The notes below the pieces were generated by a model. The model saw only the letters and a program-made list of their open reading frames with translations, was not told where the DNA came from and searched no databases. From assembly GCF_001194135.2 (NCBI RefSeq), contig NC_068985.1, positions 34,552,051 through 34,587,867 on the forward strand: a stretch of DNA of 35,817 bases. Reading direction: 5' to 3'. This stretch comes from Octopus bimaculoides. Lineage: Eukaryota. This document shows, piece by piece, positions 1-11,459 of this stretch (the first letter of the stretch is position 1; each line of letters begins with the position of its first letter). The position numbers and the translations under genes were made by a program.

Positions 1-228
1 TTTTGCATGATCTTAGAAATTATCTTTGTCAAAATAGAAAGCAAACAACCATGAAGTGTATCACTCTCTAACTTTGATCTATTAATGTGTGTACATGTAT
101 GTATGTGTGTGTGAGATTATTTGAGTGTACCTCATTAGTGTTTATTATGCTAGTATCAGCACAATACTAATACAATTTAAATGTCATTCATTGCCTTGTT
201 TTTAATTCTATTTTTTGATTTCTTGAAG

Positions 229-270
229 ACATGGATGGTACTTATGCCAATGTTTCACAGAAACCCAATG
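229..270 (+). CDS. 42-nt phase-1/phase-1 microexon, gene A; (D)MDGTYANVSQKPN
   Basis: Pyrimidine tract ttttttgatttcttgaAG ends at 228; GTAAGC donor at 271; open frame ac-atg-gat-ggt-act-tat-gcc-aat-gtt-tca-cag-aaa-ccc-aat-g; three paralogous copies downstream keep length, phase and Y-x-N. Confidence 0.7.
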
Positions 271-371
271 GTAAGCAATCCATTAATAAAATTACATTCA
301 TTAGAGCAAGAGATAGCAAAATCTTGGTTCATTCTTTCTTTGGGTAGTACAGGCAGTGTAAAATATGTCTT

Positions 372-598
372 TTATTTTTGTACTTGTTTCAGTGATTGGA
401 TTGCAGACGTGCTAAGGCACCACCTTGATGGGTTTAGTCCAACCAGTCCACCAAAGTATTTATTATTTTTAAGCTTTATACTCGTTTTGTTGTTGTGTTT
501 TGTCAAACTATTAAGTTCTGTGGACGTAAACAAACCAACATTGACTGTCATGTAGTGGTGGCTGAGTACAAAGACACACGCATACACACACACACACA

Positions 599-600
<2 letters not shown>
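372..600. mobile_element. Degenerate octopus-type SINE with CA/TA flank
   Basis: Collinear with the better-preserved copy at 30001-30215 (tacttgtttcagt...gcaccaccttt...ggacgtaaac). Confidence 0.7.
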
Positions 601-639
<39 letters not shown>

Positions 640-640
<1 letters not shown>

Positions 641-884
641 CAAAAAATAAGCAACACTGATTTCAAAGGTGATTGCAGTACCCACGTTTCATGCTACTCC
701 AATTTATTTAAGTAATGCGAGCATTACATTAAATGCAATATGAAGAGCAATCTTCAGCTGCAAGAAAATCTATTTTTATGTATTCTCTCTCCCACTTGGA
801 TTTGAAGTGTTGCCACATTTATAATATGTCTTTTCTACAGTAATTTTCTGCATTTTCGTACAGCTGAAGATTGCTCTTCATATT
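640..884. mobile_element. Penelope-like element remnant with inverted terminal segments, in a (TA)n tract
   Basis: Perfect 24-bp inverted repeat 737-760/861-884; hammerhead core motifs; homologous segment at 28158-28268; right part lost in the N gap 885-1081. Confidence 0.55.
673..763 (-). ncRNA. Type I hammerhead ribozyme motif
   Basis: Minus strand: TTGCAG (stem I), CTGAAGA (CUGANGA), about 60-nt stem II, GAAAC, GTGG loop, GTA (cleavage triplet), CTGCAA (stem I complement). Confidence 0.65.
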
Positions 885-1097
885 NNNNNNNNNNNNNNNN
901 NNNNNNNNNNNNNNNNNNNNNNNNNNNNNNNNNNNNNNNNNNNNNNNNNNNNNNNNNNNNNNNNNNNNNNNNNNNNNNNNNNNNNNNNNNNNNNNNNNNN
1001 NNNNNNNNNNNNNNNNNNNNNNNNNNNNNNNNNNNNNNNNNNNNNNNNNNNNNNNNNNNNNNNNNNNNNNNNNNNNNNNNNATATATATATATATAT

Positions 1098-1140
1098 AGA
1101 TGATAATGTTCCTTCAGTTTCAATCTACCAAATCCAATCA
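1098..1140 (-). mobile_element. Short 3' fragment of tRNA-derived SINE
   Basis: ccttcagtttcaatctaccaaatccaatca matches 31055-31085 of the full copy. Confidence 0.55.
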
Positions 1141-1959
1141 CATTATATTCAGTGACAGAAACAGTACAATACTCTACTAAATATTGACAGAATTATATTT
1201 AGTGTTAGGATATTCTGAAATTAAATCCAATTGAATTAAATTTTATTTCATTAGCCTCTCAATAAATACTACTTTTACATAATTATTAGCACTTTGCTTA
1301 TAGATTAGAATTTTGGAAGCCAGTTTACTGAGGAACCTTCCCAGTAAGTGTTAATTCTAAAATGGCACATTAGCCAAAATTTTTCTTTGTTTCTTCTTGT
1401 TTGAAAATGAATTTATTAGATCACACTTTTCTTTTTGACAATACATGAATGAAAGGGTGAAAAACATACACTGTACATGCACCTGTGCTGAATTTAAATA
1501 TAATTTTATTTCTAAATACATGTTTATATATATAAAACATAATGTATTTTATTTTGTTAATTACTTTCTGTACCACATCAAAATATTTAGTGCAGCCTAT
1601 CCAAACAATAATATACCCATCTTTATTTAATTTCTTGAAGTTATGCTGAAGCCAGTGGGTCCAAAAACTTAGAATTGATACCACCAAGTAAGTACAATTA
1701 ATATTGTTAGAACACAGCATGATCTTATCTTAAACAAATTATCTTAAACAAAGACGGAATCTGAACAACCATAAAGTTTATCACTCTCTAACTTTGGGCT
1801 ATTAATGTGTGTACATGCATGTATGTGTGTGCAAGAGTGTTTGAATGTATCTCATTAGTGTTTATTATGTTAGTATCATCACAATACTAATACAATTTAA
1901 ATGTTATTCATAGCCATGTTTTTAAATCTATTTGTTTTAATTTCTTAAAAATATGTAAG

Positions 1960-1992
1960 GTGCTTATATTAATGTTTCCCAGAAACCTGGCA
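1960..1992 (+). CDS. Paralogous microexon, probably shortened to 33 nt by acceptor shift; (G)AYINVSQKPG
   Basis: Ancestral acceptor position reads AA (1949-1950) and the 42-nt frame has TAA at 1956-1958, but a new AG at 1958-1959 gives an open 33-nt phase-1/phase-1 exon with GTAAGC donor at 1993. Confidence 0.45.
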
Positions 1993-2382
1993 GTAAGCAA
2001 TCCATTAATAAAATCACATTCATCAGAACAAGAGTTAGCAAAATCTTGGTTCATTCTTTCTTTGAGGAGTATAGGCAGCTTAATGTTTGTCATTTATTTT
2101 TCACTTGGTTTGATTATCATAAATACATACATAGATATGCACCTCTGTGCATGCGTGTGATGATGGATTTTAAGGTTTCATTTATTTATGAGCTGATTTC
2201 TCAATTATCAAAATATAATATCTATAATGGTGATATTTAAAAAAAAATTAATTCAGTTCAATTAAAAAGCATAGGTAACATATTGCAAGCCACACTATAA
2301 TTTGCAAAAAACTTTATCTGTGCACAGGGTTTGCATTGCCCCTCTGATGCCTTTTTTTCATTCTTCTTTTAATTTATTCAAG

Positions 2383-2424
2383 ACATGAATGGTGCATATG
2401 TTAACTTTACAAAAAAACCTGATG
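2383..2424 (+). pseudogene. Paralogous 42-nt microexon with non-canonical donor; (D)MNGAYVNFTKKPD
   Basis: Acceptor tttaatttattcaAG intact and frame open, but the donor position reads CTAAGT rather than the GTAAGT of copy 2858-2899. Confidence 0.5.
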
Positions 2425-2511
2425 CTAAGTATATATGCAATCCATTAATAAAATTACATTCATTAGAGCAAGAATGAACAAATATCTTGGTTCATTCATT
2501 CTTTGAGTAGT

Positions 2512-2650
2512 ATCATCATGACCATGATGATGATGATCATCATCATCAACATTTAATGTCTGTTTCGCATGTTGGCATGATGTAACAGTATGACAGCAAC
2601 TAGAAAGTCCAGGGGCCAAACCAGGTTCCATAGTCAATTTTGGCCTGATT
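2512..2650 (-). mobile_element. Degenerate RTE-type 3' tail
   Basis: (cat)n followed by atttaatgtctgtttcgcatgttggcatg, similar to tails at 8115-8250 and 27900-28047. Confidence 0.55.
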
Positions 2651-2857
2651 TCAAAAATGATCTCAAACATGAATAGAAAGCAAAGAATCGTAATCACATT
2701 TTTTTTCTATTAATGTATGTAGGTTTCATGTGCATGAGTGCATGTGTTTGCTTCTATTTCATTAGTATTTGTTCTGGTAGTATCAACACACTACTAGCAT
2801 ATTTTAGACATTATTTATAGCCATCCTACATATTTATCTTTTTTTGATTTCCTAAAG

Positions 2858-2899
2858 ACTTGGATGGTGCTTATGTTAATGTTTGGAAGTGTCTTGGTG
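2858..2899 (+). CDS. 42-nt phase-1/phase-1 microexon, gene A; (D)LDGAYVNVWKCLG
   Basis: Acceptor tttttttgatttcctaaAG ends at 2857; GTAAGT donor at 2900; open frame with YVNV. Confidence 0.7.
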
Positions 2900-3391
2900 G
2901 TAAGTATATAACAATCCATTAGTAAATATATAGTCATTTTCCAACCTTGATTCTGGAATCTGACCTGGTTAAAGTTAACAAAAATTTGGGTTTATTCTTT
3001 GAGTAGAATATGTTGCTTAATAACTTATGTATGCATGTATTAAAGGAAACCATCAGAATGTTAAAGTCTCATTGTGTATATTAAGCTACTTTCTGAAAGC
3101 ATTCATACTAACTTTATACTAGTGCACTTTTATTAATACTTACAATAGTCTAGTTCGAAACACAATGTATAGAACAGATTTGCAATGGTAAATGTTTCAC
3201 ACCTTGATCAGCTACTGTTTTGAGTACCCACAATCAGTCCTGTTCATGGACACCATTGACATGAAAGTAACACTGGAAAATAGTGAGCGACTTCTCTTAT
3301 TAGTAACATTATTACATTTAAATTTTGTTCCACTGCATTCTGAGCTCAATGATCTTCTAGATTGATTTTGTCTCCTAATTTTTATCCACAG

Positions 3392-3411
3392 TGAAAAATC
3401 ATTATTTCTAA
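3392..3411 (+). CDS. Candidate terminal coding exon of gene A; (V)KNHYF-stop
   Basis: Branch-like CTAAT at 3375-3379 and tttttatccacAG acceptor; the phase-1 continuation reaches TAA at 3409-3411; AT-rich putative 3' UTR follows. Confidence 0.4.
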
Positions 3412-3982
3412 TTCTGTTTATATGATTTTATTTATTTAATTATTTTTCATATGTTGTGCTTTGTATTATATTGTATATGTATCTTCTGTGTTTTATAGAA
3501 TTTGACATTTATGAACACATCAAACTAGGAAGTAAATCCATAAATTTATTTTACTTTCTTACTGTCTTTTTTTGGTTTGTTTTCTTGAGGGTAGATAGTA
3601 TCAGAATAGTTGAAGTGTGATTAAGTTGTCCTTTCATGTTGTAAGTGTTGTTATTCTTGAATTTTACTACTGTGTCTGAAACCAAACTGTTTTATTGATA
3701 CTTATCTAGCTGTACTACACCATATACTTCGGTAGTGTAGTTGTATTGATTTTTCTACTTTCATTATATTTCCTTAATGAAGATGTTATATATCAAAAAG
3801 CATGTTTCAAATATGTTCTAAAAGAGTAACTGTGCATTCAAAAATATCCTAAACACTAAACTTTCTTACTTTCTTTTTAATGTATTCTAACCTACTCTAT
3901 CCATATGCAGAATAGGAGTGTACAAAACTATGTAAACTAAAACTTAAAACTATCTAAATTTATATTTCATTGGACTATATAT

Positions 3983-3992
3983 AATAAATAAA
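3983..3992 (+). terminator. Candidate polyadenylation signal for gene A (overlapping AATAAA x2)
   Basis: aataaataaa followed by a U/GU-rich tract (tttgttggtttcttttc). AATAAA is common by chance in AT-rich DNA. Confidence 0.25.
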
Positions 3993-4879
3993 TTTGTTGG
4001 TTTCTTTTCTTCCTTTTCCTACTTATGTACAAGATTTGAACATTATCATTTCATCCATATTCAAGTTTTCCATAGATTTTTAAGAATGCTAATGGAATTA
4101 GAAGAATTAGTTTCATTAAGTTTATTCTATTCTTATCAATGGAATTTATCTTTAAAGAAAAAGAATTTTTCATTCAGTATGTATTTCTGATATTTTTCTC
4201 ACTTTACAATAGATTGAATTACATTTAGATTTTAAGTTATTATTTATTTGCTTAAATTTTTATTAAGTTTTTTACTTGTAATTAATTACTGAAATTCTTA
4301 AACAATCAGTTACTAAACAAGATGACAAAAATGCAAGAACTATATATTTGAGTTGTTTCCTGTCTTTGTTAAACTCTGCCATTTCTTTCTGAGTTTCTGA
4401 ACTAACTTACAAAATGGAAATATTCAACTATGAAGTCTTTCACCACTAATAATTCACATGTGTCTTCAACTTCTACATAAGGCTTGCATGTTCTTCAGAA
4501 ATGGAAACCTGCAAAACATCTTGAAATTAGAGCCAATAACTTAATCTTGTAAAAGGGCACCAAAACACAACACTGCCCATCATAAGAAAACAAGTTATGA
4601 TATTTTTTACTCATAAATATTTAAACTCATTGTAAATTCTAACACTCTTCAAATATGTTTCATTCATTTAAAATACTCCAACTATTCAAACTTCAGTGTC
4701 AAACAAATATGATAATAAACAACATTCATCAAAAAACATTTTCTGTCATCTCCACATCAGGATCACACAGTAATCTCTCCTGACGGTTGCTGCAAAACTA
4801 CCAAGCCAAATCACTTGAGAGAGCTGATAGTTATTGGCACAGAAAGCACATGTTCTACAGGTCAGCACTTGATAAATTA

Positions 4880-5420
4880 TTTAAAAAACCCCAAAAAACA
4901 ATGAAATTGATATGCAAGATTAGTGGACATTGCACATAGCTAAAAACGAGGTGCATATGGTCAAAAACTACATACTTGAATGTTATGTATAAATTATATC
5001 AGTTTTTTTGAATGCATTCCTCCAGAATCACTGTGGAACAAACAATGTGGTGACTGAAAAGCAAGCAGGAGGAAAGAAAAGAGTCTTAGGGTGGGAAGAA
5101 CAGCTTCTCATCAACCTTCTTCAAGACAACAAAACAGCCTTGCTAAAACTGGCTGACTGTATGATTAGATTATAAGAAGTTGTTTAATTCTGTTCCTCAC
5201 TCATGAATTAGAGAGTCACTACATTTTGCTGACCTTCCAAATGATATAGTCATTGCTATTAAGGGATTGACAGCAACATGGTCCACAAGAGCTATCAATA
5301 AGAACTGGAATTATCACTATAGTCCCTACAAAATTATATTATTAACAGGAATATTTCAGGGTGTCAGCTTATCTGTAATGCTTTTCATTATAGCTGTGAA
5401 CCTTTTGTCAGCCTTTTAAG
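4880..5420 (+). mobile_element. R4/Dong-like non-LTR retrotransposon RT fragment (pseudogenised)
   Basis: Translations LNVMYKL, EKQAGGKKRVLGWEEQLLIN, LDYKKLFNSVPHS*I and GIFQGVSLSVMLFIIAVNLLS match RT motifs (DYKKAFDSVPH, GIFQGDSLSPLLF). Confidence 0.75.
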
Positions 5421-5491
5421 TGTTACATGATAGGATCTGCAGTTGAAAGAAGGGTTATGTCACCCACACATTTTTTGTTGAGAACCTTACA

Positions 5492-5529
<38 letters not shown>

Positions 5530-5590
5530 GACTACTACCACCACCACCACCACCACCACCACCACCACCACCACCACTACTACCACTACT
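5492..5590. repeat. Compound (CTA)n(CCA)n trinucleotide microsatellite
   Basis: Directly visible. Confidence 0.97.
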
Positions 5591-5639
5591 AAATTCTTGT
5601 CAGACCACTTATACAATATGTGAAATATAAGTCCTCATT

Positions 5640-6930
5640 TCTTCTCTTCTAAACAATGACGGCTTCATTCACAGTACTCCTATGGGAAAAGCTTCTACCT
5701 TTGCCACTCACTTTGCATCCTCTCTCCACACTACATATCCTTGGCCAATCTCCTCTAAATTTTCTTCATTCCACTCCACAGGTTCTTTACCCTGCATATA
5801 CAGACTCCAAGTGCAGAAATACTGCCAGTTGCTTCAAAGTTAGTGAACTGCCAGAATTGCTAGAGCTTCAGATTTGTTTTCTCACACAGTACTCTTAATT
5901 CAGAGCCTACTGAGATCAACTTGGCCTTTCATTTTTATAGGGTTGATTAGCATTGCACCAACCTAGGATAAAAACAAGTTTGTGGCCATAGACATCACCA
6001 AAGCCTTTAACTATATCTGGTACACAAATCTCCTCTCTAAATTTCTTGCTTACAGGATCTTCTCATCTCTTGGATCAGTAGCTTCTTATCCGATCACACA
6101 CTGTGGCATGAAATCCATTCTTATGCAGATGACATGACTCCTAATACTTCCTTAATATTCCCCAACCATCCATCATCCACCCATAGTCTTGAAACTTCTA
6201 ACTAAACTTTCATTGATTCCATAAATACAAACATTGAGAGCATCTTTCTACAGGGACATGCTAACCATATTTCTTTTAACATACAAAAACTCAAGCAGCA
6301 CTCATATCAAGAAAATCCATTCCATGAAACCCAACAAAACATGAATAGAACTCAGCTATAGCCCTCACAGTTGCTTCAAATGCTGGTTTCACTATAAATG
6401 AGGGCCTCTCTTAGTAAAGCACACCTTTAACAAAACTAGGACTAGATCTTAAAGACTGGCCTCTCTCCTCAGGACCTAAAAATATTTCAGGTTCCAACAA
6501 GGTCCTAGTGATGGCCGCAATGGAGTACTCCTCCCATATCTTGGACAGTTCTGTGCTAGTCACACAGACATCTGCATCAACATCCAAAGAAGTGCCACTC
6601 AATTGAATGGTGCTTACTCACTAATAGACATGCTTCAGTATCTAGCCCATAGGTATACTGTCTTCTCTCTTTGTCTTTTCTATCATAACTAAGCATAGAG
6701 GTCATTAGGCCTCTGTCCCTTTGGTTGGTTGTATTTACAACAATGTGACACCCCTGTCCCACTTGTCTTTCCACCTCTCATCATTCTTGGTGTATCCAAC
6801 ATCCTCAGCCCACACTAACCATTTTCCCTGACTTCCAAGAACATCAGCCATCAGGAATCTTCTCTTTGCCCAAGTATTTCTGGCAGGTGTTGGCCTGCAA
6901 CAATTAAAATGGAACATTAAGAGCAAAGCT
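5640..6930 (+). mobile_element. Degraded CR1/Jockey-like LINE RT and C-terminal region
   Basis: VAIDITKAFNYIWYTNLLSKF (about 5980-6050), YADD (about 6122), MEYSSHI...IQRSA...LAHR..FSLCLFY (about 6520-6690); many indels. Clade assignment approximate. Confidence 0.7.
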
Positions 6931-8104
6931 CATCAGGTTTAGGAGGCTTATAAAGGTCATGGACAATGTGTTTGCTTCCAGACTGAACAAGAATAAAATA
7001 CATACACATATACATGCATGAATACATCCAATCATCCATTCATTTGTGTAGTTTAATTCCCCTCTTCATATTAATACCTTGAAATACTGTTTTTAAATCC
7101 AAGCATTGTTGTGTATTGTTTTCATGGGATGTTAAATTCTGAATTGATATGTGTTGTAGCTTGAACTGAATATTAGATATTAATAACAGTCAAGGACACT
7201 ATCATTTGCTTAACATCCACAGTTCATTTACTGGTCACTAATTGGGATCAAGTGTTAAGTTTTAGGCTGTGAATGTATACAAAATGTATGGAAATTATAA
7301 ATAAAAATATGGTACCTGAAAATTTGTAACAGGCTCTCTTTTTGTGTTAAAAGCTTTATGTATCAGTGAGACCTTATACTAAAACTTTAGAATTTATTGC
7401 CCTAATCAATCGAAGCTTACATTATTGTAACTTATGGTAACTTTTACATGTTTTAAATGTAATTTCTGGGATCATTCAAATTTTTTCTTCCTTATGAAGA
7501 ATTCTGTGCTTATAAGATATCAATTTGTGCACCTAGTTTTTAAGTTCCAGTCATTCTAATATTTAAGCAAGCATGATCTAATATCTAATTATTTTTCTGC
7601 AAACATGCAATTATTTTCACAAACACCAAACATCAAATAATTGTTTAAGAGATCACAATCTTATGTAAGCATCTCATGTACATTTTTATTCTTTTATTTT
7701 TTAGGTTACCAGTGAAGGTCCATGCTTTTCAGATGAACAAGAACTTAGAACTTAGTATTATTGTATTTCACACCTAGAACTAAGTGGAATCTTGTGGACA
7801 ACCCATGTCAGTCTCCTTGTCATCATTTCATAGACACTTTTGCAAACATTGCAGACTTGAGTAAATATCTAATACTACCATAACATTATAGGTCTCTATT
7901 ATATGCTGTAACTGCATTATTTTTGTATTCACAGCATTGACAAATACTTGATTTATTTTTAATCTTTGTAAATATCTATCCATGACTAAACATTTGCATC
8001 AATGAAGTAAACTCAGTTAAATTTCTGTATCCCTTTCTTCCTATGAGTCATCATCAGCTAAACATACTATGCATATTTAACAACATTGCTGTGAATATTA
8101 CCAA

Positions 8105-11100
8105 TTTTTGGAATTATCATCATCATCATCATTGTCCATGTCTGTTGTCCATTCTGGCATGGGTTTGACGGTTTGACTGGGCTGGCACACTGGAAGGCTG
8201 CACCAGGATCTTGTCTGGTTTGGCATGGTTTTCTATGGCTGGATGCCCTTCCTAACATCAACCACTCTGAGAGTGTAATGGGTGCTCTTACGTGCCACTG
8301 GTATGGATGCTATTTGTGTGACACCGGTATCTTCCACAACTGCGATTTTGCTCAGCTTGATGCGTCTTCTTCTCAAGCACAACATAATGCCAAAGGTCTT
8401 GGTCATTGCTTCCGTGAGGCCCAATGCTCAAAAGAAGCTCAGCCACCTCGCTTCTGTGAAGCCCAACACTTGAAAGGAACTCAGCCACTTTGCCTCTATG
8501 CGGGCTAAGAGTTCAACCACTTTGCCTCCATGAGGCTCAATGCTCAAGAGGAATTCAGCCACCTCACCTCTGTGAGGCCCAACACTCAAAAGGAGCTCAG
8601 CCACTTTGCCTCCATCAGGCCCAACGCTCAAAAGCTACTCAGCCTCTTTGTCTCCATGGGGCTCAATGTTCAAAGATTGATTTTTTTATGTGCCACCAGC
8701 ACATGTGCACTTGGCTTGATGGGTCCTCTTCAGAAGACTACATTGCCAAAGGTCTCAATCACTTAGTCATTGCCTCTGGGAAGTTTAAAGTTCGAAGGTC
8801 ATGCTTCACTACTTTGTCCCATGTCTTCCTAGGTCTACCTCTACCACAGGTGCCTTCCGCAGTTAGAGATCAGCACTTCTTTACACAACTGTCCACATCC
8901 ATCCGCATCACATGACCATAGCAATGCAGTTGTCTCTCTTGCACACCACATCTGATTCCTCTTATACCTAACTTTTCTCTTAAGATGCTTACACTCTGCC
9001 GAACATGCACACTGATATTGCACATTCAGCGAAGCATACTGGCTTCATTTCTTTGATGCCTACACATGTCCTTGGCTGTCATAGTCCAGGTTTCACTGCC
9101 ATGGAGCATAACTGTTTACACACAGGCATCAAATCTGCCTTTCATTCTGAGGGAGAAGCCCTTTGTTGCCAGCATGGGTAGGAGCTCTCTGAACTTTGCC
9201 CAGCCTAATCTTATTCTCACAGTTACACTCATGGAACAACCACCTCTACTATTACCTGGTCGCCTAGATACGGGAAGCTATCTAGTACCTCTGGCTTGTT
9301 CCCCTTGGCAGTTGATGGAGTCTATTTTCTGCACATGTTCAGCATTTATTATGCCTGTGCACCTTCCACATACAAAAGTTAGTTTCTCTGTTTACCTTCC
9401 TTTGATGTTGCTGCACCTTTTGTGTGTCCAAAGCTTACACTGGGCGCATCTTATGAAGTTTCTACCTCCACCTTTTCTACAGATTGAGCAGGGCCATCTA
9501 CCTGAGGGGATTTGTGATTTGTCTACCTTCCAATTTACTATGACTTTGGTTTCTGCTAGGTTAACTCTAAGACCCTTTGAGTCTAGACTTTGTTTCCATA
9601 CCTGGAACTTCTTCTCTAGTTCTGGTAGTGATTCAGTTATAAGAGCAAGGTCATCAGCATAGAGGAGTTTCCAGCGGCAGCCTGTCTTGAATTCCTCCAT
9701 TATTGCCTGGAGGAATATGATGAACAAGAGTGGGCTGAGCACCAATCCTAGGTGAACCCCTACTTGTACCCTGAATTCTTTGCTGTACTCGTTGCCTACT
9801 CTCACCTTACTGGTCATGTCCCTGTACATGGCTTGCACAGCTCTCACCAACCACTCATCTATCCCTAGTTTCTACATCCCTAGTTTAAGCACCTCAGTGG
9901 TGATTCCTGATGGGCTGGGTGGTTTTCCCTGTCTTCATATCCTTAATTGCTTTATCTACCAGGGTACTGTCAATTTGGATAGCTGGTCCCTCAGTTGGGT
10001 CAACATTTGGCAGACTCTCCTTCTCCCATNNNNNNNNNNTAGCTGGTCCCTCAGTTGGGTCAACATTTGGCAGACTCTCCTTCTCCCATTCATTCTCCAT
10101 GTTCAGCAGTCTTTCATAATGACATCTCCAAGCCTCTTTCTTTGTAGACTCATTCACAACAAGTGCACCATCATCCATGCTGACACATTTCTCTCCTATG
10201 ACATCACAATTTTCTCTCACACACTGTCTTGCAATCTGAAATACTTCAGTTTACTGGTCTTCATGGTACTGAACATAGGTAAACTTCTTCTTTTCAGTTT
10301 CTTCCTTGGCTAGATATACTTGTCTCCTAGCTTCTCTTCTGGCTATCTGATACAGTTCCCTATAATGGCCCTGCCAACAGTATTGTTCCACCACTGCGTT
10401 ACCTTGGGTCTGGAAGGGACTTTGCACCTGCTACAGATTTGTTCAGTGGCACTCAGCAAGCTCTCACAGGAATTCCCAGTTGCCCTCTATGTCACAAGTT
10501 TGTAGCTGCTCCTCCCTCTCATCAAATTTCTCAATTTGGATGTCTCTAAATCTCTGACCATATGAATGGTCCTTATGCTTCCAGATCCTTCTTTTCCAGA
10601 TTGGTCTGCTTCTTGGCATCGTTCTGGCCAGGAGTCTAAAGTCGCTAATGACTAGTCTATGATGGGGATACATTCTTCACCAGGAAGAGTCTTTGCATTT
10701 CAGAGCAACCACGCATCCCACTGTCTGGTGAGAATGAAATCTATCTGGCTAGCAGAACCACCTGATTGTAAGGTTATCAGGTGACTGGCTGGCTTCCTGA
10801 AGTTGGTATTGCAGATCAAAAGGTTATTTGCATCACAGAACTCCAATAGCCTTGTTCCCTCTTCATTTCAGGAACCAATTCCATGACCCCCATGAACACT
10901 ATGGTAGATACCGGGCTGCTGTCTGACATGCCCGTTGAAATCATCAGCCATGAAGATGAAATCATTGTCACTTGTCTTGGAGGTATCCTGCAGATGAATA
11001 TCATAAAAGTGGTCCTTCTGTTTAATTTGGTAGGTCTGCTTGTGGGGCGTAGGTAGATATAATTGTAGCTATACTATTCTGAAAGACTAGCCTGAGCTTA

Positions 11101-11380
11101 AGTACCCCAGCACATACTCTAACTACGTCTATGACCTTATCCACTCATTTCTCAGCTAGGAGTATGCCCACACCATCGACTCCATCATTGTTACCTTCCC
11201 AGAAGATTTTAATACCTATGTGTCTTTCCTGTGAGGAACCTGGCTGAAGCCCCTCTCCACCTAACCTCTTAGATGCAACATACATCAACATGCCTCCTTT
11301 CAAGCATCTCTACAATCTCGTTAGATCTACATTTCAGTTTACCTACATTTACAGTGCCAACTGTGTACTCAAGGCCAAAT
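8105..11380 (-). mobile_element. Near full-length degraded RTE LINE (APE + RT + PHD-like finger + 3' UTR/tail)
   Basis: APE motifs GTVNVG..EVRWRG, GVGILL, IISTYAP, QIDFIL, HRLVISDF; RT motifs GVHLGLVLSPLLF and LLYADDL; C-terminal GRGRPRKTW; (GAT)n tail near 8115; several stops and frameshifts. Confidence 0.95.
8415..8670. repeat. About 42-bp minisatellite (about 6 units) in the RTE 3' UTR
   Basis: Unit similar to tgaggcccaacactcaaaaggagctcagccactttgcctcca, repeated with substitutions. Confidence 0.9.
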
Positions 11381-11459
11381 TTCCAGATTTACCCAAATCC
11401 TACAACTTCAAAACTTTTTGCATATAAATTGGATATAATCTTTACTTGTGTGTGAAAAA

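Larger units (their letters stand above)
1..3030 (+). repeat. Local tandem duplication of an intron-microexon-intron unit (about 1-370, 1716-2100, 2350-2515 partial, 2710-3030)
   Basis: Shared blocks such as tcactctctaacttt, ctcattagtgtttattatg, caatccattaataaaatt and aaatcttggttcattc recur around each microexon. Confidence 0.9.

Noticed and set aside
181-555. 124-aa ORF from the ORF track
   Set aside because: It runs through intron and SINE sequence in a different frame from the microexon; no coherent protein.
5427-5630. Poly-Leu/poly-Pro ORF
   Set aside because: Translation of a (CTA)n(CCA)n microsatellite.
8067-8915. Several overlapping ORFs with repeated motifs
   Set aside because: Produced by the 42-bp minisatellite in the RTE 3' UTR; no start or splice support.
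9980-10089. Exact 50-bp direct repeat on both sides of a 10-N gap
   Set aside because: Typical overlapping-contig scaffolding artefact inside the RTE copy.
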